Part shown: positions 7,462-16,383 of the stretch, in pieces
Layout of the letters: each line of letters starts with the position of its first letter
How positions within the stretch are numbered: the stretch's first letter is position 1
Origin: Thermoplasmatota archaeon
GTDB lineage: Archaea > Thermoplasmatota > SW-10-69-26 > JACQPN01 > JAJPHT01
DNA length: 35,630 nt
Direction: 5' to 3'
Assembly (NCBI GenBank): GCA_041599855.1
Contig: JBFILE010000002.1
Coordinates: 1 to 35,630 of the forward strand
The notes under the pieces: model-generated
What the model was told of the DNA's origin: nothing
Databases searched by the model: none
What the model saw: only the letters and a program-made list of their open reading frames with translations
Position numbers and translations under genes: made by a program

Positions 7462-7494
7462 GTAGGTGTCGGCCCGAGGTGGCCGCGGTGCTCA
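7462..7494 (-). promoter_or_regulatory. class-2 bipartite motif, copy e (not coupled to an ATG)
   Basis: TGAGCAC-N14-GCCGACACCTAC. The TGA is the stop of the exonuclease gene. It is followed by hairpin 7431..7454 and an SD-led GTG gene. Confidence 0.45.
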
Positions 7495-8322
7495 GAAGTC
7501 GAGCGGCTTACCGAGGACCTTCTTCGAGAGGTCCTGGTCCCACGTGCGGACGTGGAGGAGGTGGACGAAGATGTCGAAGACCTCGGGGCCCACGTAGATG
7601 GGATGGAGGGCCGACTCGTCGGGGCGGAGGTGGACCACGGCGGCCCCGTCGATGGCGGGGAGTTCCACGCGCTCGGCCTTCGGCTCGGCGACCTCGGTCA
7701 CGGAGTCGGCGGGCTCGGTCAAGCGGAGGATGTAGTCCGCGTTCTTGTAGGCCGCAAGCTGGAGAGCGACCTCGGCGTGCACGCCCGAGCGGGTGGTCTT
7801 CGTGTCCAGGAGGACCGTCTCCCCCTCGATCTTGGCGATAGCGTCGAAGCTCCCGGCGTACCCGAACTCGTCGTTCCAGACCGTCTCTTCCAGGAAGAGG
7901 AACTCGGGCTGATACGTGTCGAGGAAGCGGCGATAGCGCTCGATGTATGGCGCATAGTCCGGGTGGATGGGGCCGGGGTTCTCGCCCCGTGCGATGCACT
8001 CACAGAGGTCGTGGACCGCGGTGCCGTCGTCGGCGCTCTTGCCCGTGTCGCGCTGCGGGGCGTTCTTCATCCAGTCCACGGCCCCCTTCTTGCGGACCTC
8101 GTAGGCCCGGGGGTCGTCGTCGGCGGAGAGAAGCATCTGCACCAGGGCTCCGGCGTTGTCGGCGGCGAACTCTGCCACCACCTTCGCCCGCCAATACTGG
8201 AGGAAGGTCTTCGGGAGCATGTTGACCACGGAGGTGACTCCGATGGCCTTCTCCCCCGTGTCGGGGTGGACGTAGAGGCGTGCGCCTCCGCGGCGGATCG
8301 TGTTGACCTTGGGGGTGGTCAT
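7492..8322 (-). CDS. PD-(D/E)XK exonuclease (RecB/Cas4-like fold), 276 aa
   Basis: Track ORF 7492..8361 trimmed to ATG 8322, 1 nt after the upstream stop. SFDAIAKIEGETVLLDTKTT matches the D...(D/E)xK nuclease core. Confidence 0.8.
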   Translation of the reverse strand: MTTPKVNTIRRGGARLYVHPDTGEKAIGVTSVVNMLPKTFLQYWRAKVVAEFAADNAGALVQMLLSADDDPRAYEVRKKGAVDWMKNAPQRDTGKSADDGTAVHDLCECIARGENPGPIHPDYAPYIERYRRFLDTYQPEFLFLEETVWNDEFGYAGSFDAIAKIEGETVLLDTKTTRSGVHAEVALQLAAYKNADYILRLTEPADSVTEVAEPKAERVELPAIDGAAVVHLRPDESALHPIYVGPEVFDIFVHLLHVRTWDQDLSKKVLGKPLDF

Positions 8323-8323
8323 G

Positions 8324-8728
8324 TCAGAGCCACTCGCCCAGGTCGTCGGCGTCGTCGCCACTGAACGCCCCCACGTCGTCCAGGATCACGCCCTGGTCGA
8401 TCAACCACTCCACGAGGCGGGCGTAGGTCACGCCCTGCGGGGTCGTGCGGCCCGTGCCGTAGTAGCTCCCACCCGAGCGGATGAAGGCGTAGCGGAGGGT
8501 GATCGTCTCGCCCTCGTCGAACCCGAGCCCGGGCTGGCAGCGCTCGAAGGTGATGATGTCGCCATCGGTGCACGGGTCGTCGGTGCCGAAGTCTTCGAGG
8601 CTCTCCTCGATGCGGGCACGCTCGGCGGCGGCGGTCTGCTCAGCGCGGACCGAGGTGGCGGTGAGCGACGGGGGAAAGTGGGGGATATCCAGGTTGGCCC
8701 GGATGGTGATTTCGTTAAGTGATGCCAT
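8324..8728 (-). CDS. hypothetical protein (134 aa, acidic C-terminus)
   Basis: Track ORF. ATG 8728 lies 3 nt after a class-2 motif copy and has no SD. Confidence 0.75.
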   Translation of the reverse strand: MASLNEITIRANLDIPHFPPSLTATSVRAEQTAAAERARIEESLEDFGTDDPCTDGDIITFERCQPGLGFDEGETITLRYAFIRSGGSYYGTGRTTPQGVTYARLVEWLIDQGVILDDVGAFSGDDADDLGEWL

Positions 8729-8731
8729 GGG

Positions 8732-8764
8732 GGAGGTGTCGGCCCCCCACGGGCCCCGTGCTCA
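8732..8764 (-). promoter_or_regulatory. class-2 bipartite motif, copy c
   Basis: TGAGCAC-N14-GCCGACACCTCC, then 3 nt, then ATG 8728. The TGA is the stop of 8762..9328. Confidence 0.55.
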
Positions 8765-9328
8765 GGGCTTGAGTGCTTCGCGAAGCTCGCGCACGTCGGC
8801 GGCTAGCTCGCGCACTGCATCCACGGCGGCCTTACGCTCTGCGAGGCTCGACCCATGAGCCTGGACAGTCGCCAGGGCCACGGCCTCACGCGCCCTACGG
8901 ATGGCGGCGAGGAGGGAATCCGGCGGGCCCAGGCCGACCTCGCGGGCGCGGCTAATCAGGTTCGCCCGGGCGGCCTCGATACGCTCACGAGGGGAGACGA
9001 TGCGGAGCCCCGCGGCTTGAAGCTCCTCAGGCGTGAGGGTCTCGCGGAGGAGGTTCCCCACGTGGTAGCGGAGGCCGTTCTTCACGGCGGCCAGCGCGTC
9101 CTCGTCCACGCCTGAGGCCTCGTACACGGCGCTCATGACCTGGCGGTACTCCCAGGAGCGGCCAGCGGGGTCATCGTACCCCATCCGGAGGCGTACCACC
9201 TGGGCGGCCATCTCCCGGAGGATTTCCGAGGAGGGCTTAGCGGCGTAGGCCTGGATGAGGCGCGTTATCAGGTTCGCCACGTCGGCCATGGGCGGGAGGG
9301 TAGTCCCCCCGCCCATGCTCGGCGTCAT
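8762..9328 (-). CDS. hypothetical helical protein (188 aa)
   Basis: Track ORF 8762..9433 trimmed to ATG 9328, which overlaps the TGA of the upstream gene by 1 nt (TGATG). Confidence 0.7.
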   Translation of the reverse strand: MTPSMGGGTTLPPMADVANLITRLIQAYAAKPSSEILREMAAQVVRLRMGYDDPAGRSWEYRQVMSAVYEASGVDEDALAAVKNGLRYHVGNLLRETLTPEELQAAGLRIVSPRERIEAARANLISRAREVGLGPPDSLLAAIRRAREAVALATVQAHGSSLAERKAAVDAVRELAADVRELREALKP

Positions 9329-10092
9329 CACTGCTCTACCTTGAAATCGGAGGCGCACTCTGAGCACGTAATCCCGCCCGCTTCCAGGACAGCGGCCGAG
9401 GCCCGGATGATGCGGGGCTCCTCGCACGAGCACGTGGCCTTCAGGTTCGAGCGGGAGGCGGGCTTCTTCGGCGTCTTCGGGAGGTCGGGGTTCTCCCCGT
9501 TGCCCTTCGTGCCGCCCTTGCCGGTCACGAGGCCGAGGCGCTCGAAGGTATCGAGGTGGGCGTGAATGGCCTTATCCAGGGCCTCTATCACCTTGGCGTG
9601 CTTCTTGATCGTGTCCTCACGGAGGACGACGGCGGAGAAGCCGATCGAGACATCGGGGGACTGGCCCTCGGGCCACTCCATGCCAAGCTCCTCGGCCAGG
9701 GCCACGAACTTCTGATTATGGTAGCGGAAGCCCCTAGAGGTGTCCTGCACGCCCCGCACGACCGCGAGAGCGTGGACCGCTTCGTGGACCATGGTGGCGA
9801 AGGTGTCGGTCGCCCCGCACGCCAAGCGCTCGCCTGCGATGAAGATTTCCGGGAGGCGGCCAGCCTCATCGGTCACGGTGCCATCCTGGCGGAGGACCCA
9901 GCGGTCGGCCCCGTAGTGGCCCCACTTCGCCCCTCTGCCCATGAGGCCGGTCCCGGTGATGAAGAGGACCTCGGGGAGGTCGGGGTGGGCCTTGCGGAGG
10001 GAGGCGTAAGCCTTCTCCATGGCCTTGACGACGGTGGAGCCTGCCATACCTTCGAGGTTAGCGACCTTGCGGGGAGCGGTTGCGGTTGTCAT
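9328..10092 (-). CDS. SprT-like zinc metalloprotease-domain protein (254 aa), leaderless
   Basis: Track ORF 9328..10197 trimmed to ATG 10092, 7 nt downstream of the TATGGT of cassette P3. HEAVHAL (HExxH) motif and a C-terminal CSC...CSEC zinc ribbon. Confidence 0.8.
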   Translation of the reverse strand: MTTATAPRKVANLEGMAGSTVVKAMEKAYASLRKAHPDLPEVLFITGTGLMGRGAKWGHYGADRWVLRQDGTVTDEAGRLPEIFIAGERLACGATDTFATMVHEAVHALAVVRGVQDTSRGFRYHNQKFVALAEELGMEWPEGQSPDVSIGFSAVVLREDTIKKHAKVIEALDKAIHAHLDTFERLGLVTGKGGTKGNGENPDLPKTPKKPASRSNLKATCSCEEPRIIRASAAVLEAGGITCSECASDFKVEQ

Positions 10093-10129
10093 AGGTGTAA
10101 CCATACACACTTGACGCTTGAGTGTCAAC
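10090..10129 (-). promoter_or_regulatory. class-1 promoter/operator cassette P3
   Basis: -35 TTGACA (10128..10123), -10 TATGGT (10105..10100), ATG 10092. The central hexamer of the dyad is inverted relative to the other copies. Confidence 0.7.
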
Positions 10130-10140
10130 CTGAGAACGCA

Positions 10141-10172
10141 AGAATCCCCCCAGATTTCTCCGGGGGGATTCT
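10141..10172 (-). terminator. hairpin closing the late/lysis unit, immediately upstream of P3
   Basis: Perfect 11-bp stem AGAATCCCCCC / GGGGGGATTCT. The loop contains AGATTTCT. Confidence 0.65.
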
Positions 10173-10222
10173 TCGGCCCTAGGTTCGCTCGGAGCAAATC
10201 CGAGTCTCAGCGGGCGGGGGGT

Positions 10223-10381
10223 TCAGTTGTCAGGGTAGTGGTCGCTGGCGCACCACGGGGCGGTGACCACGGCGGAAGGGAGGACGCCCTTAGCGATACG
10301 GTAGCGGCCCTCGGCGTCCTGCGGCGTGCCCTTCGGAGGGCGGGCTCCCTTGTGCGTACAGTAGACCGGGCGGAGGGTCAC
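10223..10381 (-). CDS. hypothetical small protein (52 aa)
   Basis: Below the track cutoff. GTG 10381..10379 overlaps the TGA of 10378..10614 (GTGA). Hand translation VTLRPVYCTHKGARPPKGTPQDAEGRYRIAKGVLPSAVVTAPWCASDHYPDN. Confidence 0.4.
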   Translation of the reverse strand: MTLRPVYCTHKGARPPKGTPQDAEGRYRIAKGVLPSAVVTAPWCASDHYPDN

Positions 10382-10614
10382 TCGCCCGCCTGCGGGAGGA
10401 AGGGGAGGCTCCCGAGTTCGCGTCGGTCGATGAAGACCTGGCGAGTGGGGGTGACCTTCGAGCGGACCACCTCGCCCGTACCGAAGATGGCGGCGACCAG
10501 GGCCAGGATCAGGACGACCGGGAGGCCCGGGACGTAGAAGGCCACGAGGGCCAGCGCTGCGGCGATGATGGCCTGGATACGGACCGGGTTATTCCGGATG
10601 CTCTCGAAGCTCAT
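10378..10614 (-). CDS. small membrane protein (78 aa)
   Basis: Track ORF. ATGA overlap with the stop of 10611..11204. Two hydrophobic helices (IIAAALALVAFYVPGLPVVLILALVAAIF). Confidence 0.7.
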   Translation of the reverse strand: MSFESIRNNPVRIQAIIAAALALVAFYVPGLPVVLILALVAAIFGTGEVVRSKVTPTRQVFIDRRELGSLPFLPQAGE

Positions 10615-11204
10615 GGGGGGGTGGTGCCTTTCAGGAGATGGCGGACGATATCGGTGGCGGGTGCTCGGAGGTCCTCAATGGTGCCGAAGTTCTCCACGAG
10701 AATGTCAGGGGTGAAGTTGTTAAGAGCGGTCTCGGAGACGTGAGCGGTCACGGGGTCTACGTCCCGGACCACCTTGACGAGAGCGCTTACGCGGACGTGG
10801 CGGACGGCGTGCACCTCGTTCGGGAAGCGAACGTCGGTGAAGACCACGGGCCCCTCGATCTGGGAGGCCCGCTCCACGGCCAGGCGGACCCAGAAGTCCG
10901 GGCTCATGGCCCGCACGGCGTCGGTGCCGATTCGCTGGAGTAGGCGGCGGATATCGGGGTAGTTCCGCTTCGCCCACTCCCATCCCTGCTCCCTCACGAT
11001 GTTCGAGAGGCGGGCGGTCGTGGTGGCGTCGTGGATATAGGGGTCAATGGCGAGGGCCATCTCCCGCACGTTGTCGGCGAAGGCCACGCGGGTGAAGCCG
11101 AAGCTCTCCACGAGGATGGCGGCGAGGGTGTCCTTCCCGGCCCCGGCGGGCCCGTACAGGCCTACCCATGGGGGGAGGTGGTAGTTAGATGGTGGGGCTG
11201 ACAT
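10611..11204 (-). CDS. deoxynucleoside monophosphate kinase-like P-loop protein (197 aa)
   Basis: GLYGPAGAGKDTLAAIL Walker A followed by FAD, typical of phage dNMP kinases. ATG 11204 lies 3 nt after a class-2 motif copy. Confidence 0.8.
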   Translation of the reverse strand: MSAPPSNYHLPPWVGLYGPAGAGKDTLAAILVESFGFTRVAFADNVREMALAIDPYIHDATTTARLSNIVREQGWEWAKRNYPDIRRLLQRIGTDAVRAMSPDFWVRLAVERASQIEGPVVFTDVRFPNEVHAVRHVRVSALVKVVRDVDPVTAHVSETALNNFTPDILVENFGTIEDLRAPATDIVRHLLKGTTPP

Positions 11205-11207
11205 GAG

Positions 11208-11240
11208 GGGGGTGTCGGCCCCACCATCTAGACGTGCTCA
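11208..11240 (-). promoter_or_regulatory. class-2 bipartite motif, copy d
   Basis: TGAGCAC-N14-GCCGACACCCCC, then 3 nt, then ATG 11204. The TGA is the stop of 11238..11471. Confidence 0.55.
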
Positions 11241-11471
11241 GGGGAGAGGGCCGTGGAGGCGGAAGTAGGCGGAGTTCTCGGCCTCTAGGTGTTCTACGCG
11301 GCGCTCCAGGGAGTCGATACGTACCTGAAGTTGGGTGAGCAGGAGGGTCGAAGCGGTGAGCATCTGAGAGCTAGACTCCGGGCCCCGCCTGCGGCGATTC
11401 CACAGGGTCGTAGCGCCCGCCATACCAGCGGTGAGGACGGCGGCCAGGAGGGTAGCTAGAGCTATGGTCAT
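11238..11471 (-). CDS. lysis-cassette membrane protein (77 aa; N-terminal TM plus coiled coil)
   Basis: Track ORF. ATGA overlap with the holin-like gene. TM helix, then RRRR, then a heptad-like LQVRIDSLERRVEHLEAEN. Confidence 0.65.
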   Translation of the reverse strand: MTIALATLLAAVLTAGMAGATTLWNRRRRGPESSSQMLTASTLLLTQLQVRIDSLERRVEHLEAENSAYFRLHGPLP

Positions 11472-11788
11472 GGGAGGGCCTTCTCAACATGTCGGAGGCG
11501 GTAGGCGAGCGTCGCCCATCCGCCCACGGTGACCGCTGCGGAGATGTTCAAGGCCTCCAGGAAGAAGAGGCCCACGAGAGGGACCACGAGGCCAGAGGCC
11601 AGGGTGAGCATCCCGGCGGCGAACATGAGCGACCATCCAGCGATGAGGAGGAGGTGCGGCCCGTAGATGCCCCCCGCCTGGCGGGCCATGGCGGCGGCCC
11701 GGACGGCGGAGAAGACGCACGTGGCGGCGAGGACGTAGCGGCTTACGGCGACGGTAGCCACTGCTGCGAGGATGACGGTGGCAATCAT
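11468..11788 (-). CDS. holin-like multi-TM protein (106 aa)
   Basis: Track ORF. Three to four hydrophobic helices. Immediately downstream of the endolysin with an ATGA overlap. Confidence 0.7.
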   Translation of the reverse strand: MIATVILAAVATVAVSRYVLAATCVFSAVRAAAMARQAGGIYGPHLLLIAGWSLMFAAGMLTLASGLVVPLVGLFFLEALNISAAVTVGGWATLAYRLRHVEKALP

Positions 11789-12837
11789 GGCCTACTCACC
11801 TCGAAACCGTCGCCCACGTCGATGAGCTTGGCCCAGACCTGAGCGTCCACGACGGAGCCATTAGCGGGGAGCCCCACGCACTTCTGCCACTCTGACAGGG
11901 ACCAGGCGGTAGCCGGTCCGAAGACCCCATCCACGGCGAGGCCGGGCTGGCATCGTTGGATGACGCGCTGAGCGTAGGTGACATACCGCCCGCGCGAGGC
12001 GACGCGGAGGACGGGGTAGGCGGGCTTAGCGGTGACCAGGGCGGCCTCCACCTGGCCGAGCTTCGCCCACGTCCGCGGGCCCACTACGGCGTCAATCGTG
12101 AGACCGTGGCGGGCCTGGAAGTCGCGCACCACGGCGGCCGTGGCCGGGCCGAAGCGACCGTCCACCACGATGCCCGGGTGCTGCACCTTGCGGAGGACGC
12201 TCTGGAGATGCTGGACCGCCTCGCCCTTCGCTCCCTCGCGGAGCGTGGGGAGGTCGGCCTCGGTGGCGGGCGGAACGGCCACGCCCCCGTGGCGCTCGAA
12301 GTCGATCACGGCGGCGGGGATGCGGTCACCCCGCACGTAGCGGATATGCCAAGGCTCCGATTGCACCTCCCAGGAGAAGCCGAAGCGCCAGGCGTTCTCC
12401 TTGAGCCAGGGGATGGCGGGGGCGATGTTCACGGCGTCGTTGGGGTCGAGCCCATCCGAGGGGTCACGGTCCAGGGCGAGGTCGATAGCGAGGCCCCACC
12501 CATGGTTCGAGGTCCCGGGCACGGCGGCCATGGCCCCGGTGTGATTCCAGTAACGAACGCCATTCCAAACCTTCGAGTGGCGGTCCGTGGGCGTGGTCGA
12601 GTACCGGCGGAGGAAGAGGGCCTTCTGATTCTCGTATGAGCGATACGTCCCGCCCCACGTGTAGGTCAGATGGAAGCCCTGGGCGCGCGCTGCGGCCCGG
12701 AGTGCCTCGAAGGAGCGGGCGGCGTTATGGTGGAGGAGGCCGCCCATTCCGACCGAACGCATGAGGCCCGAGGGGAGTTGCCCGTTCGTGGTGCCTGTGA
12801 GCGAAGCGGGCTGGACGACGGTGACGATGGGGAACAT
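11785..12837 (-). CDS. endolysin: VanY/M15-type D-Ala-D-Ala carboxypeptidase domain plus two PG_binding_1 repeats (350 aa)
   Basis: SNHGWGLAIDL and EPWHIRY zinc-peptidase motifs. Two repeats of the type VDGRFGPATAAVVRDFQARHGL / VDGVFGPATAWSLSEWQKCVGL. Confidence 0.9.
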   Translation of the reverse strand: MFPIVTVVQPASLTGTTNGQLPSGLMRSVGMGGLLHHNAARSFEALRAAARAQGFHLTYTWGGTYRSYENQKALFLRRYSTTPTDRHSKVWNGVRYWNHTGAMAAVPGTSNHGWGLAIDLALDRDPSDGLDPNDAVNIAPAIPWLKENAWRFGFSWEVQSEPWHIRYVRGDRIPAAVIDFERHGGVAVPPATEADLPTLREGAKGEAVQHLQSVLRKVQHPGIVVDGRFGPATAAVVRDFQARHGLTIDAVVGPRTWAKLGQVEAALVTAKPAYPVLRVASRGRYVTYAQRVIQRCQPGLAVDGVFGPATAWSLSEWQKCVGLPANGSVVDAQVWAKLIDVGDGFEVSRP

Positions 12838-12874
12838 GGGGGTCCTTCGAGGGGGTAGGGTTACACGCTCCCCG

Positions 12875-12892
12875 GCCCCTCGGGGGAGGGGC
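12875..12892 (-). terminator. hairpin after the tail gene 12913..15021
   Basis: GCCCCTC-GGGG-GAGGGGC, a 7-bp stem with no U tract. Confidence 0.35.
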
Positions 12893-12912
12893 TCGGGGGG
12901 CGGCGAGGGTGG

Positions 12913-15021
12913 TCAGGCGGTCCAGGCGGTCAGGCGGAACGTGTCGTTATCGCCATACACCTTGGCCCGGTATTCGTAGGTGCGGGTTCCGACCGCTCGG
13001 TAGTCGATAAACGAAGCGCCCATAGCGAGCCCGGCGGCGATGCGAATGCCATCGTCCCCCACCTTGCGCTGGAGGTCCGGGGTCCCCCCGGCGGCTACGC
13101 GCACGAAGAGGTCGAAGCCTGTAGGGGTGGGCTCCCCCCCTGTCGGGGCGTCGGCCACGGCGGTGATCGTGATGCACTCGGCAGGGGCGTAGGCGGAGGG
13201 TGTGACGGTGGTGGCGGGCGGGACGGTATACGAGACCGCCACCTCGATGCTTGCCCACGTGGACCAGATGCCCGCAAACCTCACCCTGATCTGGATGTGC
13301 TCGGTGCGCGGGTTCACGGGGAACTCTACCGAGCGCGAGCGGGCCGAGGTGGAGACCACGGTCCCGGTATCGAAGTAAACCGTCCCGGTGTCAGGGGTCC
13401 CGCCCGAGTCGGCCACGGTGCGAAGCTGATAGGCCTCCTGTTCGGAGGTGCTCCACGTTACAAGCTGCATCGAGGTGCTAACCGTGCCGAGGTTGGCGGG
13501 GGCGGTGATCGTGGGCGCGTCGGGAGGGCCTCCGCCTGTGAAGTTAGCCGAGCCCGACCAAGGGCCTTGCGTGCCGAGGTCGTCGTAGGTGCGAACCTGC
13601 CACTCGTAACTAGTCCCGTCCACGAAGGTGGCGGCGGTGAAGTCCCGGTGCTCGTTCGGGGTGGTCTCCGAGACCGTGGTCCACGTAGGGCCCCCTACCG
13701 CCCGATAGCGGAGGTCGTAGGCCGACTGAGCGTCTCCTACGTTGGGGTCGCTGAAGGCCCACTCGAAGCGCTGCGTGACCGTAGTGTCAATGGTGACGCC
13801 AGCCACGGGGGCGGAGAGTGACGGGGCGGCGGGCGGGTCGTTGACCACCTCGGCGTCGTGGACCCAGTACCGGGGGAACGTAGTGTTCCCGGAGTCCTCG
13901 GCGCGGAGCCAGACGGAGTGAGCTTGCCCAGCGGAAGCCGAACGCGGAGCGCCAAGGATGCCGTCCCCCTGTTGAAGGGGGGCGTGATTGGCGCTCGTCC
14001 GTGCCCACGTGGTCCACGAGGCCGTACCGGGCTCATAGATGGCGACGTAAAGTCCATCGTCGGCGTCGAGGGTGGTGACGCCTTGCGTCCCGGCGGTGTC
14101 ACGGCGGAGGGCGAACAGGACCACGGCCCCCGCGAGCCCGGCGGCGGTGAGCGAGAGGGCGTCGAGGAATAGGCCGTTCGGCCAGCCGGTAGCGGGGGCC
14201 GAGACATCGGTGTAAGTAGTATCAGCGAGGTCGCGGCGGACGAGCTTCGGAGCCAGGGCGGCGCTCACGTAGGAGACCCACCAGTCCGTACCGTCGAAGG
14301 CCACTTGCGGCTTCTTGTCGGTCCCGGTGGTCAGGGTGGTGATCGTTCCACCCGTGTAGGCACCTCCCGAGTAGGTGTACTTCCGGGTGCGAATCTCTGC
14401 CGGGCTGCCTCCTCCGAAGACCTGCCAGTAATACGCCAGGAAGACGTGAGGGGCTCCACCTTGGACCGTGCGGCCGTCGCCAGTGTGGTGGAAGTCGATG
14501 CCGACCCCGCCCACTACTCCGAAGTTCAGGGTGGTCTCGGTGAGTGACGCCCACGACGGCCCGGAGGGATTGAAGCGGAGACGGTGGTAGATGACCGCGT
14601 TACTACCGGACGCCCTGGAGTCGGCGGTGATGACGTGAACGAGGTACTGACCAGGGTTCGCGGGGTCCTCGTGGGCCACGATATCAGCGCCCACTAGGCC
14701 GTTAACTAGGCCGCTGAGCGCGGTGTAGTCGGTCCGAGCGGTGAGCGTTCCCGAAGCGTTCCCGAAGCGGGCGAAGTAGAGCGCTGTCCCCTGCTGGCGG
14801 ACGGTGTAAAGGTTATCGCCAGAGTCCACGAAGAGGGCGTGCCCGCCGGTATCGCCAGCGTGCGGACTCGTTACGGTGTTCCACGTCCCACCCTCGTCGT
14901 CGGAATAGTGGAGGTCGGCGTGTCCTTGGAGCCATGCCCAGATGCGGCCCGAGGAGGTGTGAGCGACCGCCCTAGGCTTGAGGGAGTAGACGGTGCTCGT
15001 GCTGAGGAGGGTAGCGGTCAT
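12913..15021 (-). CDS. minor tail / receptor-binding candidate: BNR (sialidase-like) propeller plus FN3-like repeats (702 aa)
   Basis: BNR signature SDDEGGTW near the N-terminus. The C-terminal half has repeated FN3-like segments (PPAAPSLSAP..., PPDAPTITAP..., YTVPPATTVTPS...). Confidence 0.8.
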   Translation of the reverse strand: MTATLLSTSTVYSLKPRAVAHTSSGRIWAWLQGHADLHYSDDEGGTWNTVTSPHAGDTGGHALFVDSGDNLYTVRQQGTALYFARFGNASGTLTARTDYTALSGLVNGLVGADIVAHEDPANPGQYLVHVITADSRASGSNAVIYHRLRFNPSGPSWASLTETTLNFGVVGGVGIDFHHTGDGRTVQGGAPHVFLAYYWQVFGGGSPAEIRTRKYTYSGGAYTGGTITTLTTGTDKKPQVAFDGTDWWVSYVSAALAPKLVRRDLADTTYTDVSAPATGWPNGLFLDALSLTAAGLAGAVVLFALRRDTAGTQGVTTLDADDGLYVAIYEPGTASWTTWARTSANHAPLQQGDGILGAPRSASAGQAHSVWLRAEDSGNTTFPRYWVHDAEVVNDPPAAPSLSAPVAGVTIDTTVTQRFEWAFSDPNVGDAQSAYDLRYRAVGGPTWTTVSETTPNEHRDFTAATFVDGTSYEWQVRTYDDLGTQGPWSGSANFTGGGPPDAPTITAPANLGTVSTSMQLVTWSTSEQEAYQLRTVADSGGTPDTGTVYFDTGTVVSTSARSRSVEFPVNPRTEHIQIRVRFAGIWSTWASIEVAVSYTVPPATTVTPSAYAPAECITITAVADAPTGGEPTPTGFDLFVRVAAGGTPDLQRKVGDDGIRIAAGLAMGASFIDYRAVGTRTYEYRAKVYGDNDTFRLTAWTA

Positions 15022-15039
15022 CGGGGAAGGCCTTTCAGG

Positions 15040-15270
15040 TCAGACCGCCCCGAGGGCAATCCACCTATCGAGAAACTGGACGAGGAGCACGGCGTCCCCG
15101 ATCGTAGGGGTGTAGGTGCTGAGGAGGGCCACGCCCTCCACGGCGTCGGCGGCGGCGGTGCCAGCGAAGCGGACGGAGAGCGGTGAGGTGGTGATAACCT
15201 CTCCCTGGGCCAAGGCCGGGCCAGATGCGGCGGGGCGGGTGAGGCTCTCGAAGCTAGAGAGGATATCCAT
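15040..15270 (-). CDS. small tail protein (76 aa)
   Basis: Track ORF 15040..15285 (TTG start) trimmed to ATG 15270, which overlaps the upstream TAA by 1 nt (TAATG). Confidence 0.6.
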   Translation of the reverse strand: MDILSSFESLTRPAASGPALAQGEVITTSPLSVRFAGTAAADAVEGVALLSTYTPTIGDAVLLVQFLDRWIALGAV

Positions 15271-16382
15271 TAGAGGGCCTTCCAAGTGTGCTGCATCATG
15301 CCTCGGCCATCTAGCGGGAGCGTCCAGGACTGAGAGAGCACCTTCCGGCGGGGGCCTAGCGAGGGGTCGGTGTAATCGAGCACGTCAAAGTGCCAGTGAA
15401 GGGGGTTAGCGAAGGTCTCGACCGCGAAGGACGTGGCCCACCTACTCTCCCGCTCCACGATGATGTCCCCGCTTCGCTGGAGACTGTCCTCGCATCCGCA
15501 CGTCTCCAGGAAGTGGACGCTAGAACGGACGAGGCCGCCCCGAGCATCGATCGAGGTGGGGCCGTTACCCTGATTCGTGACTACATAGGTCTCCGTGTCG
15601 TCCGGGACGGTCCCCGCTGCGCCTCGGACGAAGACCCAGCGGTTAGGGGTGCTGAAGAGGTCGGAGGTGGCCGTACGAAGCTGGCCCAGGATGGACTGAG
15701 CGGCGGTTGAAGAGTACGCCCACTCTGCGGCGCTAGTACTCGGCGAGGTGTAGGGGCCCGAGCGGTAGGCCCCGGTCCAGTCGGCCCAGAGTCCACGGTG
15801 CCCGATACGGCCGAGAAGATCGTTAACGATCTGGAGCCACGTCGTACCAGCGTCGAGCGGAATCACCACGTCCTGAGCCAGGGTGTGGTCAGTCGGCTCG
15901 ATATATACGGGGACGGTGGGGGCCTCGGCGGCCAGGATGGTCCCCACCTCCGCCACCACGTTCGTCCCGGCGGCGGCGCGGTAGGTCTGCCCCGCTGCCG
16001 TGTTCAAGATGGTGAGGCGGTCCTCTCCGCGCACGGAGAAGATCGGGCGCTCGGCGACCACCTCGGGCTCAGAGAGGCGGTACACGCCCAGATGGAAGCG
16101 GGCGGTCCCTGCATCGCTCTGGAGTTCCATGTACGGGCGCACCTCGGCGATGCCCCACGAGAGCGGGAGGGCTAGCTCCAGAGCACAGGACCCATGGATG
16201 ACGGCGTAGTTACTGCGTGCCACGGAGCCCCCGAGGAGGTAATCCGAGAGGTCTTCCTCCACGGCCCCGGTGGATGAGAGGCGCTCCAGGCCTGACCGCA
16301 CGGTGACGGCCTCGGCGGCGATGATGGAGCGTACCGTAGCGGCCGAGAGGCCGGAGCGGGGCGGGGCGGTGGTGGGCTGCAT
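15270..16382 (-). CDS. minor tail protein (tail tip/baseplate-hub-like, 370 aa)
   Basis: Track ORF. Its position two genes downstream of the tape measure is typical of Tal-type proteins. Confidence 0.75.
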   Translation of the reverse strand: MQPTTAPPRSGLSAATVRSIIAAEAVTVRSGLERLSSTGAVEEDLSDYLLGGSVARSNYAVIHGSCALELALPLSWGIAEVRPYMELQSDAGTARFHLGVYRLSEPEVVAERPIFSVRGEDRLTILNTAAGQTYRAAAGTNVVAEVGTILAAEAPTVPVYIEPTDHTLAQDVVIPLDAGTTWLQIVNDLLGRIGHRGLWADWTGAYRSGPYTSPSTSAAEWAYSSTAAQSILGQLRTATSDLFSTPNRWVFVRGAAGTVPDDTETYVVTNQGNGPTSIDARGGLVRSSVHFLETCGCEDSLQRSGDIIVERESRWATSFAVETFANPLHWHFDVLDYTDPSLGPRRKVLSQSWTLPLDGRGMMQHTWKAL

Positions 16383-16383
16383 T

